From Frankiales bacterium (GTDB lineage Bacteria > Actinomycetota > Actinomycetes > JAFAQI01): a stretch of DNA of 64,000 nt. Below the pieces are notes generated by a model. It was not told where the DNA came from. It saw only the letters and a list, made by a program, of their open reading frames with translations, and made no database searches. Made by a program: the position numbers and the translations under genes. Location: NCBI GenBank assembly GCA_025980465.1, contig JAICXJ010000011.1:11056-75055 (forward strand). The letters run 5' to 3'. Shown one piece after another: positions 37,599-47,133 of the stretch. Position 1 is the stretch's first letter. Every line of letters starts with the position of its first letter.

Positions 37599-37795
37599 TG
37601 CCTCTGCTCTCAAACCGTGGGTCTGGCTCTTGATGACTAGGCATCGGCTGTTTCGGCGGCCTTCCTTAGCCCTCCGATTGAGTGAGGTCGGGTGAAAACG
37701 CTGGTCCGACAGGGTGAGCAAAACAGCACCAGACCTGGACGGAAATGGACACTCCGGGCAACGCCCGAGCGTCGCGATCAGGGCAGACTGGGCAG

Positions 37796-38656
37796 GTGCC
37801 CGAGCTTCCCGAGGTTCAGGCGTTGGTCGACTTCTTGGCCGAGCGTGCAGTTGGTCACGTTCTCTCCCGCATCGACGTCGCATCGATCTCCGTCCTGAAA
37901 ACCTTCGATCCCCCAATCACTTCGCTGGCCGGGCTGACCGTCACCGGGACGGCACGCCACGGGAAGTTCCTGGATCTCGACGTCGACGGGCTGCACCTCA
38001 TCACCCACCTGTCGCGGGCAGGCTGGCTGCACTGGCGCGACGAACTACCGGCGATACCGCCGAAACCGGGGAAGGGTCCGATAGCGCTTCGGGTGCACCT
38101 CGACAGCGGGGCCGGTTTCGACCTCACCGAGGCAGGCACCCAGAAGCGCCTTGCTGTCTATGCAGTGCGAGATCCGGCCGACGTGCCGGGGATTGCCCGG
38201 CTCGGACCGGATCCGCTGGCCGACAACTTTACCGTCGACCAGTTTGCCGAGTTGCTGGCGGGTAACCGCACCCAGATCAAAGGCTTACTGAGGGACCAAG
38301 GCGTCATCGCCGGGATCGGCAATGCCTACTCCGACGAAATCCTGCATGTGGCGAAGATGTCTCCTTACCGGTTGGCGTCCTCGCTCGAGCCTGGCGATGT
38401 TCAGTTGCTGTACGACTCGATCCGCGACACGTTAACCGATGCGGTGGTGCGTGCCGCTGGGTTGCAGGCCGGCGAGTTGAAAACGGAGAAGAAGCTCGGG
38501 ATGCGGGTGCACGGTCGCGCCGGCGAGAAGTGCCCGGTGTGCGGCGACACGGTGCGCGAGGTGTCGTTCGCGACGTCGTTCCTCGATTACTGCCCGACCT
38601 GTCAGACCGGCGGAAAGCCGCTCGCCGACCGTCGGATGTCGCGGCTGCTCAAGTAG
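37796..38656 (+). CDS. Fpg/Nei-family DNA glycosylase/AP lyase
   Basis: The GTG start gives (M)PELPEVQ, with the catalytic Pro2. H2TH region IKGLLRDQGVIAGIGNAYSDEILH. C-terminal zinc finger CPVCG...CPTCQ. Confidence 0.88.
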   Translation: MPELPEVQALVDFLAERAVGHVLSRIDVASISVLKTFDPPITSLAGLTVTGTARHGKFLDLDVDGLHLITHLSRAGWLHWRDELPAIPPKPGKGPIALRVHLDSGAGFDLTEAGTQKRLAVYAVRDPADVPGIARLGPDPLADNFTVDQFAELLAGNRTQIKGLLRDQGVIAGIGNAYSDEILHVAKMSPYRLASSLEPGDVQLLYDSIRDTLTDAVVRAAGLQAGELKTEKKLGMRVHGRAGEKCPVCGDTVREVSFATSFLDYCPTCQTGGKPLADRRMSRLLK

Positions 38657-38727
38657 CTGCGGGCGCGTTGAATCGTCTGCCGGCACGCACCCAGAGGTCG
38701 CACCATTTCCGGCCAGGCGTAGGGTCG

Positions 38728-38846
38728 ACAGTGCACGCGGGAGTCCGGCTACCGGGCTGAGAGGGCAGCGATCGCTGCCGACCGCTGTGGGCGGCTGAAC
38801 GGTCGCTCACGCACCTGATCCGGGTCATGCCGGCGTAGGGAGTGAG
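38728..38846 (+). promoter_or_regulatory. TPP (THI-box) riboswitch
   Basis: Conserved cores GGGCTGAGAGG and CACCTGATCCGGGTCATGCCGGCGTAGGGAG are read directly. The element ends just before the ATG at 38850. Confidence 0.88.
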
Positions 38847-38849
38847 CCG

Positions 38850-40208
38850 ATGGCGGCATCTGTCGAGGCCAGACCGGCCGCTGCGGAGGCGCCGCTCACG
38901 CTGGACCAGCCAGCTCCGAAAGTGCTGGGCTGGCTCGATCAGATCGGGCTGTGGGGCAACCTCGGAGTGACCCTGCTCGCCCCGGTCGGCGCGGTGTTCG
39001 TGCTCCTGCCGGTGACCGGACCACGGTTGTCATTCGAAGCGGCGGGGCTTGCCGTCATCGTCGGCACCGTGGTCGGAGCGCTGATGATCGCAGCTGCGGC
39101 GGTGCCAGGCGCTCAGACCGGCGCCCCTTCGATGGTGTTGATGCGTGGCCTGTTCGGTCGCCGCCTGTCCTACCTGCCGACGGCGATCAACATCGTCCAG
39201 CTGCTCGGTTGGACTGTTTTCGAGATCGTCGTGATCGCGTCGGCCGCGCAGCAACTGCTGCCCTGGCACGCCCATCGTTGGCCGTACGTTCTCGTCGCCG
39301 GCGGTCTCACTGCGATGATGACCATCCGTCCGCTGGGTGTCGTGCGAATCCTCCGTCGCTATGCACTCGCTGCAGTTGTCCTCACCACGATCTACCTGTT
39401 CGTCGAGTTGCTCCGGCATCCGCGGCCGTCGTTGACACACGGCTCGTGGAGCGGATTTTGGTCCGCTGCCGATGTCGCAATCGCAGTGGCGGTCTCGTGG
39501 GCGCCGCTTGCCAGTGACTACACGCGGCACGCGCGATCCACACGCAGCGCATTCGGCGGGGCCTTCGTCGGTTACACGATCACGCAGGTCGCCGGGTACT
39601 TCCTCGGCCTGGTCGCACTGGCCACGGTGGTCGAGGCGAGTGACGCGAACCTGCAGCACGACATGTTCGCCGCGTTCATCGCCGTGCCTGTCGGTTGGCT
39701 AGCGTTCGGCGTGCTGGTGCTGCGAGAGCTCGACGAGTCGTTCGCGGATGGGTACTCGGCGGTCGTATCGATGCAGAACGTCTGGCCGCACATCGACCGG
39801 CGAGTGTTCACGGTGGCTATCTGCGGCGTGGCGACGGTCGGCGCGCTGGCACTGAACATCAATGACTACGTGAACTTCCTGTACCTACTCGCCTCGGTTC
39901 TGGTTCCACTTACCGCGGTATTTCTCGTCGACTACTTCGGGACCCGCCGTACCCACACCTGGGACGTCACCGCCACCGCACCTCCCCGGCCGCTGATGAT
40001 CGTTCCGTGGGTGATCGGGTTCATCACCTACCAGCTGCTCAACCCGGGTTACATCGGCTGGTGGGTCCGGATGTGGCAACACGTTGACCGCTGGTTGCAT
40101 CTGACCGTCCAGAGCTGGATGAGCGCGTCGGTGTTCTCGTTCCTCATCGCGGTGATCGCAACCGTCCCGACCGTCGCCCTACGGCGGCGAAGGATGATCA
40201 GTGGATGA
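38850..40208 (+). CDS. NCS1-family permease (CytX-like; probable thiamine-precursor/HMP transporter)
   Basis: 452 aa with about 12 TM segments and a cytosine/purine/thiamine permease-like pattern. A TPP riboswitch lies directly upstream. Confidence 0.75.
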   Translation: MAASVEARPAAAEAPLTLDQPAPKVLGWLDQIGLWGNLGVTLLAPVGAVFVLLPVTGPRLSFEAAGLAVIVGTVVGALMIAAAAVPGAQTGAPSMVLMRGLFGRRLSYLPTAINIVQLLGWTVFEIVVIASAAQQLLPWHAHRWPYVLVAGGLTAMMTIRPLGVVRILRRYALAAVVLTTIYLFVELLRHPRPSLTHGSWSGFWSAADVAIAVAVSWAPLASDYTRHARSTRSAFGGAFVGYTITQVAGYFLGLVALATVVEASDANLQHDMFAAFIAVPVGWLAFGVLVLRELDESFADGYSAVVSMQNVWPHIDRRVFTVAICGVATVGALALNINDYVNFLYLLASVLVPLTAVFLVDYFGTRRTHTWDVTATAPPRPLMIVPWVIGFITYQLLNPGYIGWWVRMWQHVDRWLHLTVQSWMSASVFSFLIAVIATVPTVALRRRRMISG

Positions 40209-40666
40209 GGCGGCTTCGAAGGAGCGAGCGAGCACTCGTCTACGGCCTGGCCGGCTGGTGCAGCGAAGTGGTGTCCACCGGCCTTCGCAGTCGCGGCCGT
40301 GACCATGATTGGCGGCTGTCGAGTCACACCTATATATGGATGCTGCCGATCTACGGCGTCGCGGCGTTCCTGTTCGAGCCGGCATACGCCGCCACCAAGC
40401 GCGCCGACCTGCCGTGGTGGGGACGTGGCCTGCTGTGGACCGGCGGGATCTTTGCTGTCGAGGCCGCGAGTGGCGAGGCGATCCGGCAGTTGACCGGAGA
40501 GGTGCCGTGGGACTACTCACGGCCCCGCGGGAGCAAGCCGGCGCCCACCCACTGGCGTGGCCTGATCCGCCCGGCGTACGCGCCGACCTGGTTTCTCGTC
40601 GGCCTCGGCATGGAGCAGCTCAGTGCGGTCCTCGACCGAGTTGCGATCACCGACGCCATGGACTAA
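40205..40666 (+). CDS. Small membrane protein resembling the 'putative ABC-transporter type IV' (DUF1113-like) family
   Basis: 153 aa. Segments SHTYIWMLPIYGVAAFLFEP and VPWDYS. It overlaps the permease stop by 4 nt. The family assignment is from memory only. Confidence 0.5.
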   Translation: MRRLRRSERALVYGLAGWCSEVVSTGLRSRGRDHDWRLSSHTYIWMLPIYGVAAFLFEPAYAATKRADLPWWGRGLLWTGGIFAVEAASGEAIRQLTGEVPWDYSRPRGSKPAPTHWRGLIRPAYAPTWFLVGLGMEQLSAVLDRVAITDAMD

Positions 40667-40715
40667 TCACTGGAGATCCACCGCCGGACAACCCCTTGCG
40701 TGCCAGAGTGGAACG

Positions 40716-41540
40716 GTGAATGCGCGTCCCCAGGTGGTCGCACACCGGGGCGCGTCCGCGATCGAGGCGGAGCACACTCTCGCGGCCTATCGGCGGGCAC
40801 TCGCCGACGGTGCGGACGGGCTCGAGTGCGACGTCAGGCTGACCAGAGACGGCGTCCTCGTCTGCGTCCACGACCGCCGGGTCGACCGGACGTCGAGCGG
40901 CCGTGGCGTGGTCTCGACTCTGGAGCTCGCTGACCTGCACGAGCTCGACTTCGCGTCGTGGCGCGACGGTGATGTCGAGCCGCCGGACCCGCTGCTCACC
41001 GCGGGCTGGGAAGCGCCGGACTTCGACCGGACCGGTGTCCTCACCCTCGAGCGGCTCCTCGAGGTCGTGACGGCGATCGACCGTCCGGTGCAGCTCGCCA
41101 TCGAGACGAAGCACCCCACCCGTTACGCCGGTCTCGTCGAGCTCAAGCTGGTGCAGCTACTCGACCGGTTCAACCTCGCCAGCGCTCCGGGCACGATGAA
41201 GGACGCAGTGCGGGTGATGAGTTTCGCGCCGACCGGCCTACGCCGGATCAGACAGCTCGCACCCGAGCTGCCAACGGTGCATCTGATGAAGCGGATCCCG
41301 CTGCGCTACCGCGACGGAACTGTCTCGGCCAGCGCAACGATCGCTGGACCGTCGATAGAGGGGATCAAGGCCTTCCCCGCCTACGTGGAGCGGGCCCACG
41401 CCAACGGGTACGAGGTCCACGTCTGGACTGTCGATGCCGCTGCGGACGTCGACCTCATGGTCGGGCTCGGCGTCGACGTGATCATCACCAACCAGCCGGA
41501 CAGCGTGGTCGCTCGAGTCAACCGGGCAGCCGCGTCGTAG
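40716..41540 (+). CDS. Glycerophosphodiester phosphodiesterase
   Basis: Start at GTG 40716. Motifs VVAHRGASAIEAEHTLAAY, GLECDVRLTRDGVLVCVHD and HVWTVD. Confidence 0.85.
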   Translation: MNARPQVVAHRGASAIEAEHTLAAYRRALADGADGLECDVRLTRDGVLVCVHDRRVDRTSSGRGVVSTLELADLHELDFASWRDGDVEPPDPLLTAGWEAPDFDRTGVLTLERLLEVVTAIDRPVQLAIETKHPTRYAGLVELKLVQLLDRFNLASAPGTMKDAVRVMSFAPTGLRRIRQLAPELPTVHLMKRIPLRYRDGTVSASATIAGPSIEGIKAFPAYVERAHANGYEVHVWTVDAAADVDLMVGLGVDVIITNQPDSVVARVNRAAAS

Positions 41541-41542
41541 GG

Positions 41543-42754
41543 CTATCGAGAAACCGGATCGCGGCGGATCGGGCACGACATGCACCGTGGTCCGCCCCGC
41601 CCACTTCCGAGCTCGCTGCCGGCGATCGGCACCACCTCGATGCCCGCAGCGGTGAGCCGGGCATTCGTCTCGGTGTTGCGTTCGTAGGCGACGCACAGCC
41701 TGGGCGCGATCGCGAGGGTGTTGTTGCCGTCATCCCACTGTTCGCGCTCCGCGGTGACCGGGTCGAGCCCGGTGTCGATCACCCGCAACACCTCGATGCC
41801 CATCGCGTCGGCCGCGGCGCGCAGAAATGGTTGTGGCTCGCCCGCGAGCGGTACGCCGTCGTCACCTGCGGTGACGACCACCGCCGAGAGTGCGTCGGCA
41901 AGGGCGGGATACATCACGACCGCGTCGACATCGACCATCGTGCAGATCGTGTCGAGGTGCATCGTCGCTCGCTCCTGGGCGATCGGCACGACGAGGACGG
42001 TATGGGCGAGCCCTCGCTCGAAGACCCGACCAGCGAGCGTCTCAACCGCCGCGGGTCGGGTGCGCTGGCCGACGCCGACTGCGATCACGCCCGAGGCGAG
42101 CAAGAGCACATCACCGCCCTCGAGCCATTCGTCGCGCGGTGAGTACACCTTCGTTGCGGCGGCGAACCGCGGGTGGTGGTGGTAGATCGCATCGGTCAGC
42201 TGGACCTCGCGCCGCCGGGCCGGCATCGACGGGCTGGTGACCGCCACCTCCTCGCCGATCCACACTGAGGAGTCGCGGGTGAACATCAGGTTGGGCAACG
42301 GCGGTACGACGAACTCGTGCGGACGCATCAGTCGGCTCACCACGCCCTTGCCGACGCCGAGCTCGTCGTGTGCGAGGCCGCCGATGAGAAGGTCGGCGAA
42401 CTCACTCGCCGACAACTTGCCGAGATGCGCCGCGAGCGTCGCGCGCAGCTCATGGCCGAGGCGAGGCTCGGCGAGGGTGCTCTCGGTCAAAGCGTCGCGA
42501 GCGGCCGGCACCGCGACGGCCTCGATGAGCAGGTCGCGAAGCGACAGCACCTCAACGTCGCGCGAGCGAAGCGCCTCGGCGAAGCGGTCGTGTTCGGCCT
42601 GGGCGCGCTCCACCCACGGGATTGCGTCGAAGAGCAGATCGGTGGAATTGCGCGGCGTCAGGCGTTTGATTTCCGGGCCGGGCCGGTGAAGCATCACCGT
42701 CCGCAGCCGGCCGACCTCGCTGTCGACGCCGTACTGCGCCGTGGGGTCGGTCAT
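41543..42754 (-). CDS. arcA: Arginine deiminase
   Basis: 403 aa. N-terminal [18 protein letters not shown] and C-terminal [10 protein letters not shown] (catalytic Cys). Confidence 0.9.
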   Translation of the reverse strand: MTDPTAQYGVDSEVGRLRTVMLHRPGPEIKRLTPRNSTDLLFDAIPWVERAQAEHDRFAEALRSRDVEVLSLRDLLIEAVAVPAARDALTESTLAEPRLGHELRATLAAHLGKLSASEFADLLIGGLAHDELGVGKGVVSRLMRPHEFVVPPLPNLMFTRDSSVWIGEEVAVTSPSMPARRREVQLTDAIYHHHPRFAAATKVYSPRDEWLEGGDVLLLASGVIAVGVGQRTRPAAVETLAGRVFERGLAHTVLVVPIAQERATMHLDTICTMVDVDAVVMYPALADALSAVVVTAGDDGVPLAGEPQPFLRAAADAMGIEVLRVIDTGLDPVTAEREQWDDGNNTLAIAPRLCVAYERNTETNARLTAAGIEVVPIAGSELGSGRGGPRCMSCPIRRDPVSR

Positions 42755-42782
42755 TCGCGCACTTTAGTGTCCGGTTGAATGC

Positions 42783-43691
42783 ATGGCCATGAGCGGATTG
42801 ATGCAAGACAAGGTTGCAGTCGTTACCGGCGCCGGGCGGGGGATCGGCCGTGGCGAGGCGATCGAGCTGGCACGCCAAGGTGCGGCGGTCGTCGTGGGTG
42901 AGGTCGACGCCGACGCCGCCAATGAGGTAGTTGCTGAAATCGTTGCGGCAGGCGGTAGTGCAGTCGCCGGGATCGGCGACTGCAGCGAGGTCGATGCCGC
43001 TGAGGCGCTGATCAAGCGGGCGATCGACGAGTTCGGCCAGCTCGACGCTCTGGTCAACAACGCCGGCATCCTCCGCGACCGCACCCTGATCAAGATGACG
43101 CCGGAAGAGTGGGACGCCGTCATCAAGGTCCACCTGCGCGGGCATTACGCGCCGACCCGTGCGGCGTGTGAGTACTGGAAGACCGCGGGTCGCCCCGGCC
43201 ACATCGTCTGCACCGCCTCGACCTCCGGGATCATGGGCAACTTCGGTCAGACCAACTACGGCGCTGCCAAGGCCGGAATCGCGGCGTTCTCGGTGATCGT
43301 CGCGCAAGAGATGAAAAAGTACGGCGTGAACTGCAACGCCATCGCGCCGGCTGCGCGGACCCGGATGACCGAAGGTGCGTATGGCGAGATCGCCGGCGGT
43401 GAAGAAGAGTTCGACTTCTGGCACCCCGACAACGTGGCGCCGTTCGTGACCTACCTCTGCAGCGATGCGGCGGCACAGATCTCCGGCAAGATCTTCGGCG
43501 TGCAGGGTGACGCGGTCGAAATCTACCGCCCCCACACGTCGGTTGCCGTTATCACCAACGACGGCAAGCGTTGGGACCCGAACGACTTCATCACGGCGAG
43601 TGAGGCGCTGTTCGCCGAGTCCGGGCTGACACCAGGCGCCGAGAACATGATGGCCAAGCTGCGGTACTCGATGACCGACCGCGGCGCGTAG
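42783..43691 (+). CDS. SDR-family oxidoreductase
   Basis: 302 aa. Rossmann motif TGAGRGIG, then NNAG, and catalytic Y-x-x-x-K (NYGAAKAG). Confidence 0.85.
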   Translation: MAMSGLMQDKVAVVTGAGRGIGRGEAIELARQGAAVVVGEVDADAANEVVAEIVAAGGSAVAGIGDCSEVDAAEALIKRAIDEFGQLDALVNNAGILRDRTLIKMTPEEWDAVIKVHLRGHYAPTRAACEYWKTAGRPGHIVCTASTSGIMGNFGQTNYGAAKAGIAAFSVIVAQEMKKYGVNCNAIAPAARTRMTEGAYGEIAGGEEEFDFWHPDNVAPFVTYLCSDAAAQISGKIFGVQGDAVEIYRPHTSVAVITNDGKRWDPNDFITASEALFAESGLTPGAENMMAKLRYSMTDRGA

Positions 43692-43834
43692 CGGCTGTCG
43701 GATTGAGGGCGATACCGCCGCTATGGTCCGTTTAGTGCCAGCCGACTAGTCCGAATGGCGCGTGTCACCTCACTCCATGCAACGTTCCATTTCTGGGACA
43801 ATGACGTCATCATGAGAAGCGCGGCACGGCCCAC

Positions 43835-44497
43835 GTGCCTTCGAAGCCGGCTGACCTGCTTCGCCATCCGAATCGAGAGATCGCGCCAGTGGCCCGCCTG
43901 ATCCTGCGACTCGAGCCGCTCGCTGGCTCGACGACAGCGCCTGGGCAGCCGGGCGCGGACGAGTGCGGTCAGCACACCGCAACCGAACGCCGGCAGCGGC
44001 TAGCGGATCAGTTCGCCACCGAGGCGGCTCCTGCCCACGCGCCGCCACCGGAACCGGTCACTCGACGCCGGGTCGTGAACGTCGCCGCGCCGGAGCGGAT
44101 GACCGTCCCCACGCCGCTGACCCGATGGAGCGCCGCGGTGGCCGCTGCGCACGACGCCTGCTTCGTCGTCGACGTCAACGGTGTCGTCATCAGCATCTCG
44201 GTCGCGGCGGTCGAGCTGCTCGGATGCGGCGACGCCACCGTCATCGGCTGCCACATCCTCGACGTACTGCGGCTGGTCGACCTCGAGACGGGTGCAGCAA
44301 ATCCCGACTACGGCGCGCGGATCACGCCGCTCGCCGTGCTCGACCAACCCGGGCTTTCGCGCAGCCTGCTGCGGGTCCGCCACCCCGACGGTTCCTTGGT
44401 GACACTGGACTCGTCATCGGCGCCGGTGCACGACGTGACCGGCTATCCGCTGGGTTCGGTGACCTTCCTGGCGCCGATCCGCTCGATCGTCAAATAA
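43835..44497 (+). CDS. PAS-domain-like protein (start uncertain)
   Basis: The C-terminal 130 aa (AAHDACFVVDVNGVVISISVAAVELLGCGDATVIGCHILDVL...LRVRHPDGSLVTLDSSSAPV) looks PAS-like. The N-terminal 80 aa are low-complexity, so the true start may be internal. Confidence 0.5.
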   Translation: MPSKPADLLRHPNREIAPVARLILRLEPLAGSTTAPGQPGADECGQHTATERRQRLADQFATEAAPAHAPPPEPVTRRRVVNVAAPERMTVPTPLTRWSAAVAAAHDACFVVDVNGVVISISVAAVELLGCGDATVIGCHILDVLRLVDLETGAANPDYGARITPLAVLDQPGLSRSLLRVRHPDGSLVTLDSSSAPVHDVTGYPLGSVTFLAPIRSIVK

Positions 44498-45095
44498 CCC
44501 GCGCCGCTTCCAAAGCCGTGATCACGGCCACGACGCCGAAGGCGACCGCTGCGATCCGCCGGACCCAGTCCAGCGGGATGAGCCGCAGCAGTGCCTTGCC
44601 GCCGGTGACCGCGATCGCCGCGACCAGGATCAGCCCAGCGCATGATCCGACGAACACCGCGGTCGGGTTGTCGTACTTCGCCGACAGCGACGCCGTGAGC
44701 AGCTGGGTGAGGTCACCCCATTCGGCGAGGAACATCACCACGAAGCTGGTGAGGATCACTCGTCCCGCGCTCGGCTCGGCGGGCGTGCTTGCGATCTCCT
44801 TCTCGACCTCGGCCTCCTCCTCGTCCGGGTCTTCGATGGTGCGAATCATCAGTACGGCGCCGATCGCGAAGATCGCAGCGCTGACCGCCTTCACCGGCGT
44901 CGTCGGGAGCAGCGCGATGAGGCTTCCCGCGGTCACCGCGATGACGGCTTGGACGGCGAGGCCGAGCGCCGACCCGATGAACACCGGAGCGGCGCGGAAC
45001 CGGGTTGCGAGGACCAACGTGGCGACGAAGGTCTTGTCGGGCAGTTCGGCCGGCACGATCAGGATGAAGACCGTCGCGGCGACGGAGATCCACAC
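44490..45095 (-). CDS. UPF0016 (GDT1/TMEM165-like) cation transporter
   Basis: 201 aa. Two E-x-x-D-(K/L)-T repeats (PAELPDKTFVAT and LAEWGDLTQLLT) and six TM segments. It begins 7 nt downstream of larC. Confidence 0.8.
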   Translation of the reverse strand: MWISVAATVFILIVPAELPDKTFVATLVLATRFRAAPVFIGSALGLAVQAVIAVTAGSLIALLPTTPVKAVSAAIFAIGAVLMIRTIEDPDEEEAEVEKEIASTPAEPSAGRVILTSFVVMFLAEWGDLTQLLTASLSAKYDNPTAVFVGSCAGLILVAAIAVTGGKALLRLIPLDWVRRIAAVAFGVVAVITALEAARVI

Positions 45096-45101
45096 GTGCG
45101 A

Positions 45102-46301
45102 TCAGCGACCGGCCGACTCGGAGAGTTGATCGAGCGCCGCCGCACTGGCCCGGGCGAGGATGTCCTTCGACGGGACGCCGAGCGTGGCGGCGGCGGTCGC
45201 CACGTCCTCGAACTCCGGGACGGCGTTGAGCACGCGGCCGTTGCTGGTCGCGAGTTTGACCCGCACCGACTGTCCGCCGATGTCGACGGTCAGCCATGAC
45301 CGGTCCAGGGCGCGCTTCGTCACCGAGGTCGTGCGGGCACCGATGGTCGAGGTCTCGGCGAACAGCACCGCATGGACCGCCTCGGTCCGATCCGCCGGTA
45401 GCAGTGCGCCGACGATGTGCGCGGGCCGGCCCTTCTTCATCAGGATCGGCGTGAGCCACGCGTCGGCAGCGCCCGCCGCCATGAGTTGGTGCAGCACGCC
45501 GGGCCACAACCTGGGGTCGAGATCGTCGACGTTTGCCTCGACCGTGATCCAGTCCTCGGTGTCCGCCGAGGGTGCGGCACTGCCGATGACGAGGCGCAGG
45601 ACGTTGGGCCGCTGGCTGAGATCGCGCTCGCCGGCGCCCACCCCCACTGACCTGACCTGGACCGGCGGAAGGCGCCCGGCGTCGGTGGCCCACTCGGCCA
45701 GGACGGCGATCCCGGTCGGGGTCGCCAGCTCGACCTCGCCGCCGGCCGATGCGATCAGGCCGGTGCCGGCCAGCAGCTCGAGCGCAGCTGGGGTCGGGAC
45801 AGGAACGTCGCCGTGCCCGGACCGGGCTGTGCCGCCGCCGAGCGAGATCTCGCCGACGACCAACTCGGTCAGACCGAGGGTGTGCAGGCCAAGGCACGCG
45901 CCGACGACGTCGACGAGCGAGTCGATCGCGCCGACCTCGTGAAACTCCACCTCGTCCGGCGTGCAGCCGTGGCACCTCGCTTCGGCGTCAGCGAGACGCT
46001 GGAAGACCGCCGCTGACCGACGTCGTACCTGCGTCGGCACGGTCAGTTGGTCGACGATCCGGCGGATTTCATCGAGGCGGCGGTGCGGTTGGTCGGTGCC
46101 GGCGTTGACCGTCGCTGCGACAGCGCGCAGTCCGCATCGGCGTACCTCATCGAAACCGACCGAGACGTTGCTGCCAACAGCGGCGCTTAGCGACTCGGTC
46201 ATCGCGGGCAGGTCGTCGAGCACGCCGAGCTGATGCAGAGCTGCGAGCAGCATGTCGCCGCTCACCCCGGAGGAGCAGTCGAGCCAGCCGACTCGGGGCA
46301 T
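45102..46301 (-). CDS. larC: Nickel-pincer cofactor biosynthesis protein LarC (DUF111)
   Basis: 399 aa. N-terminal WLDCSSGVSGDMLLAAL. The start shares 1 nt with the larB stop. Confidence 0.85.
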   Translation of the reverse strand: MPRVGWLDCSSGVSGDMLLAALHQLGVLDDLPAMTESLSAAVGSNVSVGFDEVRRCGLRAVAATVNAGTDQPHRRLDEIRRIVDQLTVPTQVRRRSAAVFQRLADAEARCHGCTPDEVEFHEVGAIDSLVDVVGACLGLHTLGLTELVVGEISLGGGTARSGHGDVPVPTPAALELLAGTGLIASAGGEVELATPTGIAVLAEWATDAGRLPPVQVRSVGVGAGERDLSQRPNVLRLVIGSAAPSADTEDWITVEANVDDLDPRLWPGVLHQLMAAGAADAWLTPILMKKGRPAHIVGALLPADRTEAVHAVLFAETSTIGARTTSVTKRALDRSWLTVDIGGQSVRVKLATSNGRVLNAVPEFEDVATAAATLGVPSKDILARASAAALDQLSESAGR

Positions 46302-47077
46302 TACGGCTTGGCTCCGGCTGCGATCCGGCGGGCAACTCGCGACGCGAACACCGCTGCCCCGAACCCGTTGTCGATGTTGACGACAGTGACCCCCGGCGCA
46401 CAGGAGTTCAACATCGCGAGCAATGCCGCGAGGCCGTGGAACGACGCGCCGTACCCGACGCTGGTCGGCACCGCGACGATGGGCGTACCGACCAACCCGC
46501 CGACGACACTCGGCAGCGCTCCCTCCATTCCGGCGACCACGATGACGCAGTCCGCGGCCGCGATCGTGTCGCGTTCGGCGAGCAGCCGGTGCAGCCCGGC
46601 CACGCCGACGTCACAGATCCGGCGGACGCCGGCCCCGAACGCCCGGGTGACGAATCCCGCCTCGGCGGCGACCGGCTCGTCGCTGGTGCCGGCCGACACC
46701 ACCACGACCTCGCCTCGAGGCGGCGGCAGCGTCCCGATCGCGACGCAACGCGCGACCGGGTCAAGCTCGGCGGTCGGGAAACCGGTCCGCACCCGCTCGA
46801 TGGCGTCGCTGGTCAGCCGGGTCGCGATCGCGGGCCGGTCGCCGGGGGCCTCACGCATGGCCGTGAGAAGCGTGACGACCTGCTCCGGGGTCTTTCCCTC
46901 GGCGTACACCACCTCCGGGTCGCCGGTGCGGATCCCGCGGTGGTGGTCGAGACGGGCGAAGCCGAGGTCGGCGTAGCCGGTCAGCGGCGCAGCGCCGAGG
47001 GCGCGGGCGGCATCCTCGGCAGTACTCGCTCCGCTCGCGACGTCGTCGAGAAGACGGCGCAGCTCCTCCGCGTCCAC
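46301..47077 (-). CDS. larB: Nickel-pincer cofactor biosynthesis protein LarB (AIR-carboxylase-like)
   Basis: 258 aa. Motifs VVVVSAGTSDEPVAAEA and VVAGMEGALPSVVGGL. Confidence 0.85.
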   Translation of the reverse strand: MDAEELRRLLDDVASGASTAEDAARALGAAPLTGYADLGFARLDHHRGIRTGDPEVVYAEGKTPEQVVTLLTAMREAPGDRPAIATRLTSDAIERVRTGFPTAELDPVARCVAIGTLPPPRGEVVVVSAGTSDEPVAAEAGFVTRAFGAGVRRICDVGVAGLHRLLAERDTIAAADCVIVVAGMEGALPSVVGGLVGTPIVAVPTSVGYGASFHGLAALLAMLNSCAPGVTVVNIDNGFGAAVFASRVARRIAAGAKP

Positions 47078-47133
47078 GCCGCGACACTATTCCCAGCGGA
47101 ATCCGTGGATTTCGGCAAGTAGGCTGCGCGACT

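Noticed and set aside
22948-37600. A genomic island integrated at tRNA-Leu, because accessory-type genes begin right after the tRNA.
   Set aside because: I found no integrase or recombinase, no direct repeat of the tRNA 3' end downstream, and no visible GC shift. The variable region after leuT may simply be ordinary lineage-specific content.
43692-43834. A lower-GC stretch (ggtccgtttagtgccagccgactagtccgaatggcgcgtgtcacctcactccatgcaacgttccatttctggg...) considered as an sRNA or riboswitch.
   Set aside because: I recognise no conserved RNA motif, convincing stem set or terminator. It is more simply the promoter and 5' region of the PAS-like gene, whose start is itself uncertain. The minus-strand 84-aa ORF 43721..43975 shows no coding signal.
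45096-45101. A yybP-ykoY (Mn) riboswitch in front of the UPF0016 transporter, which is common for this family.
   Set aside because: Only 6 nt separate the transporter start from the larC stop, so there is no room for a riboswitch. The gene is read as part of the lar operon.
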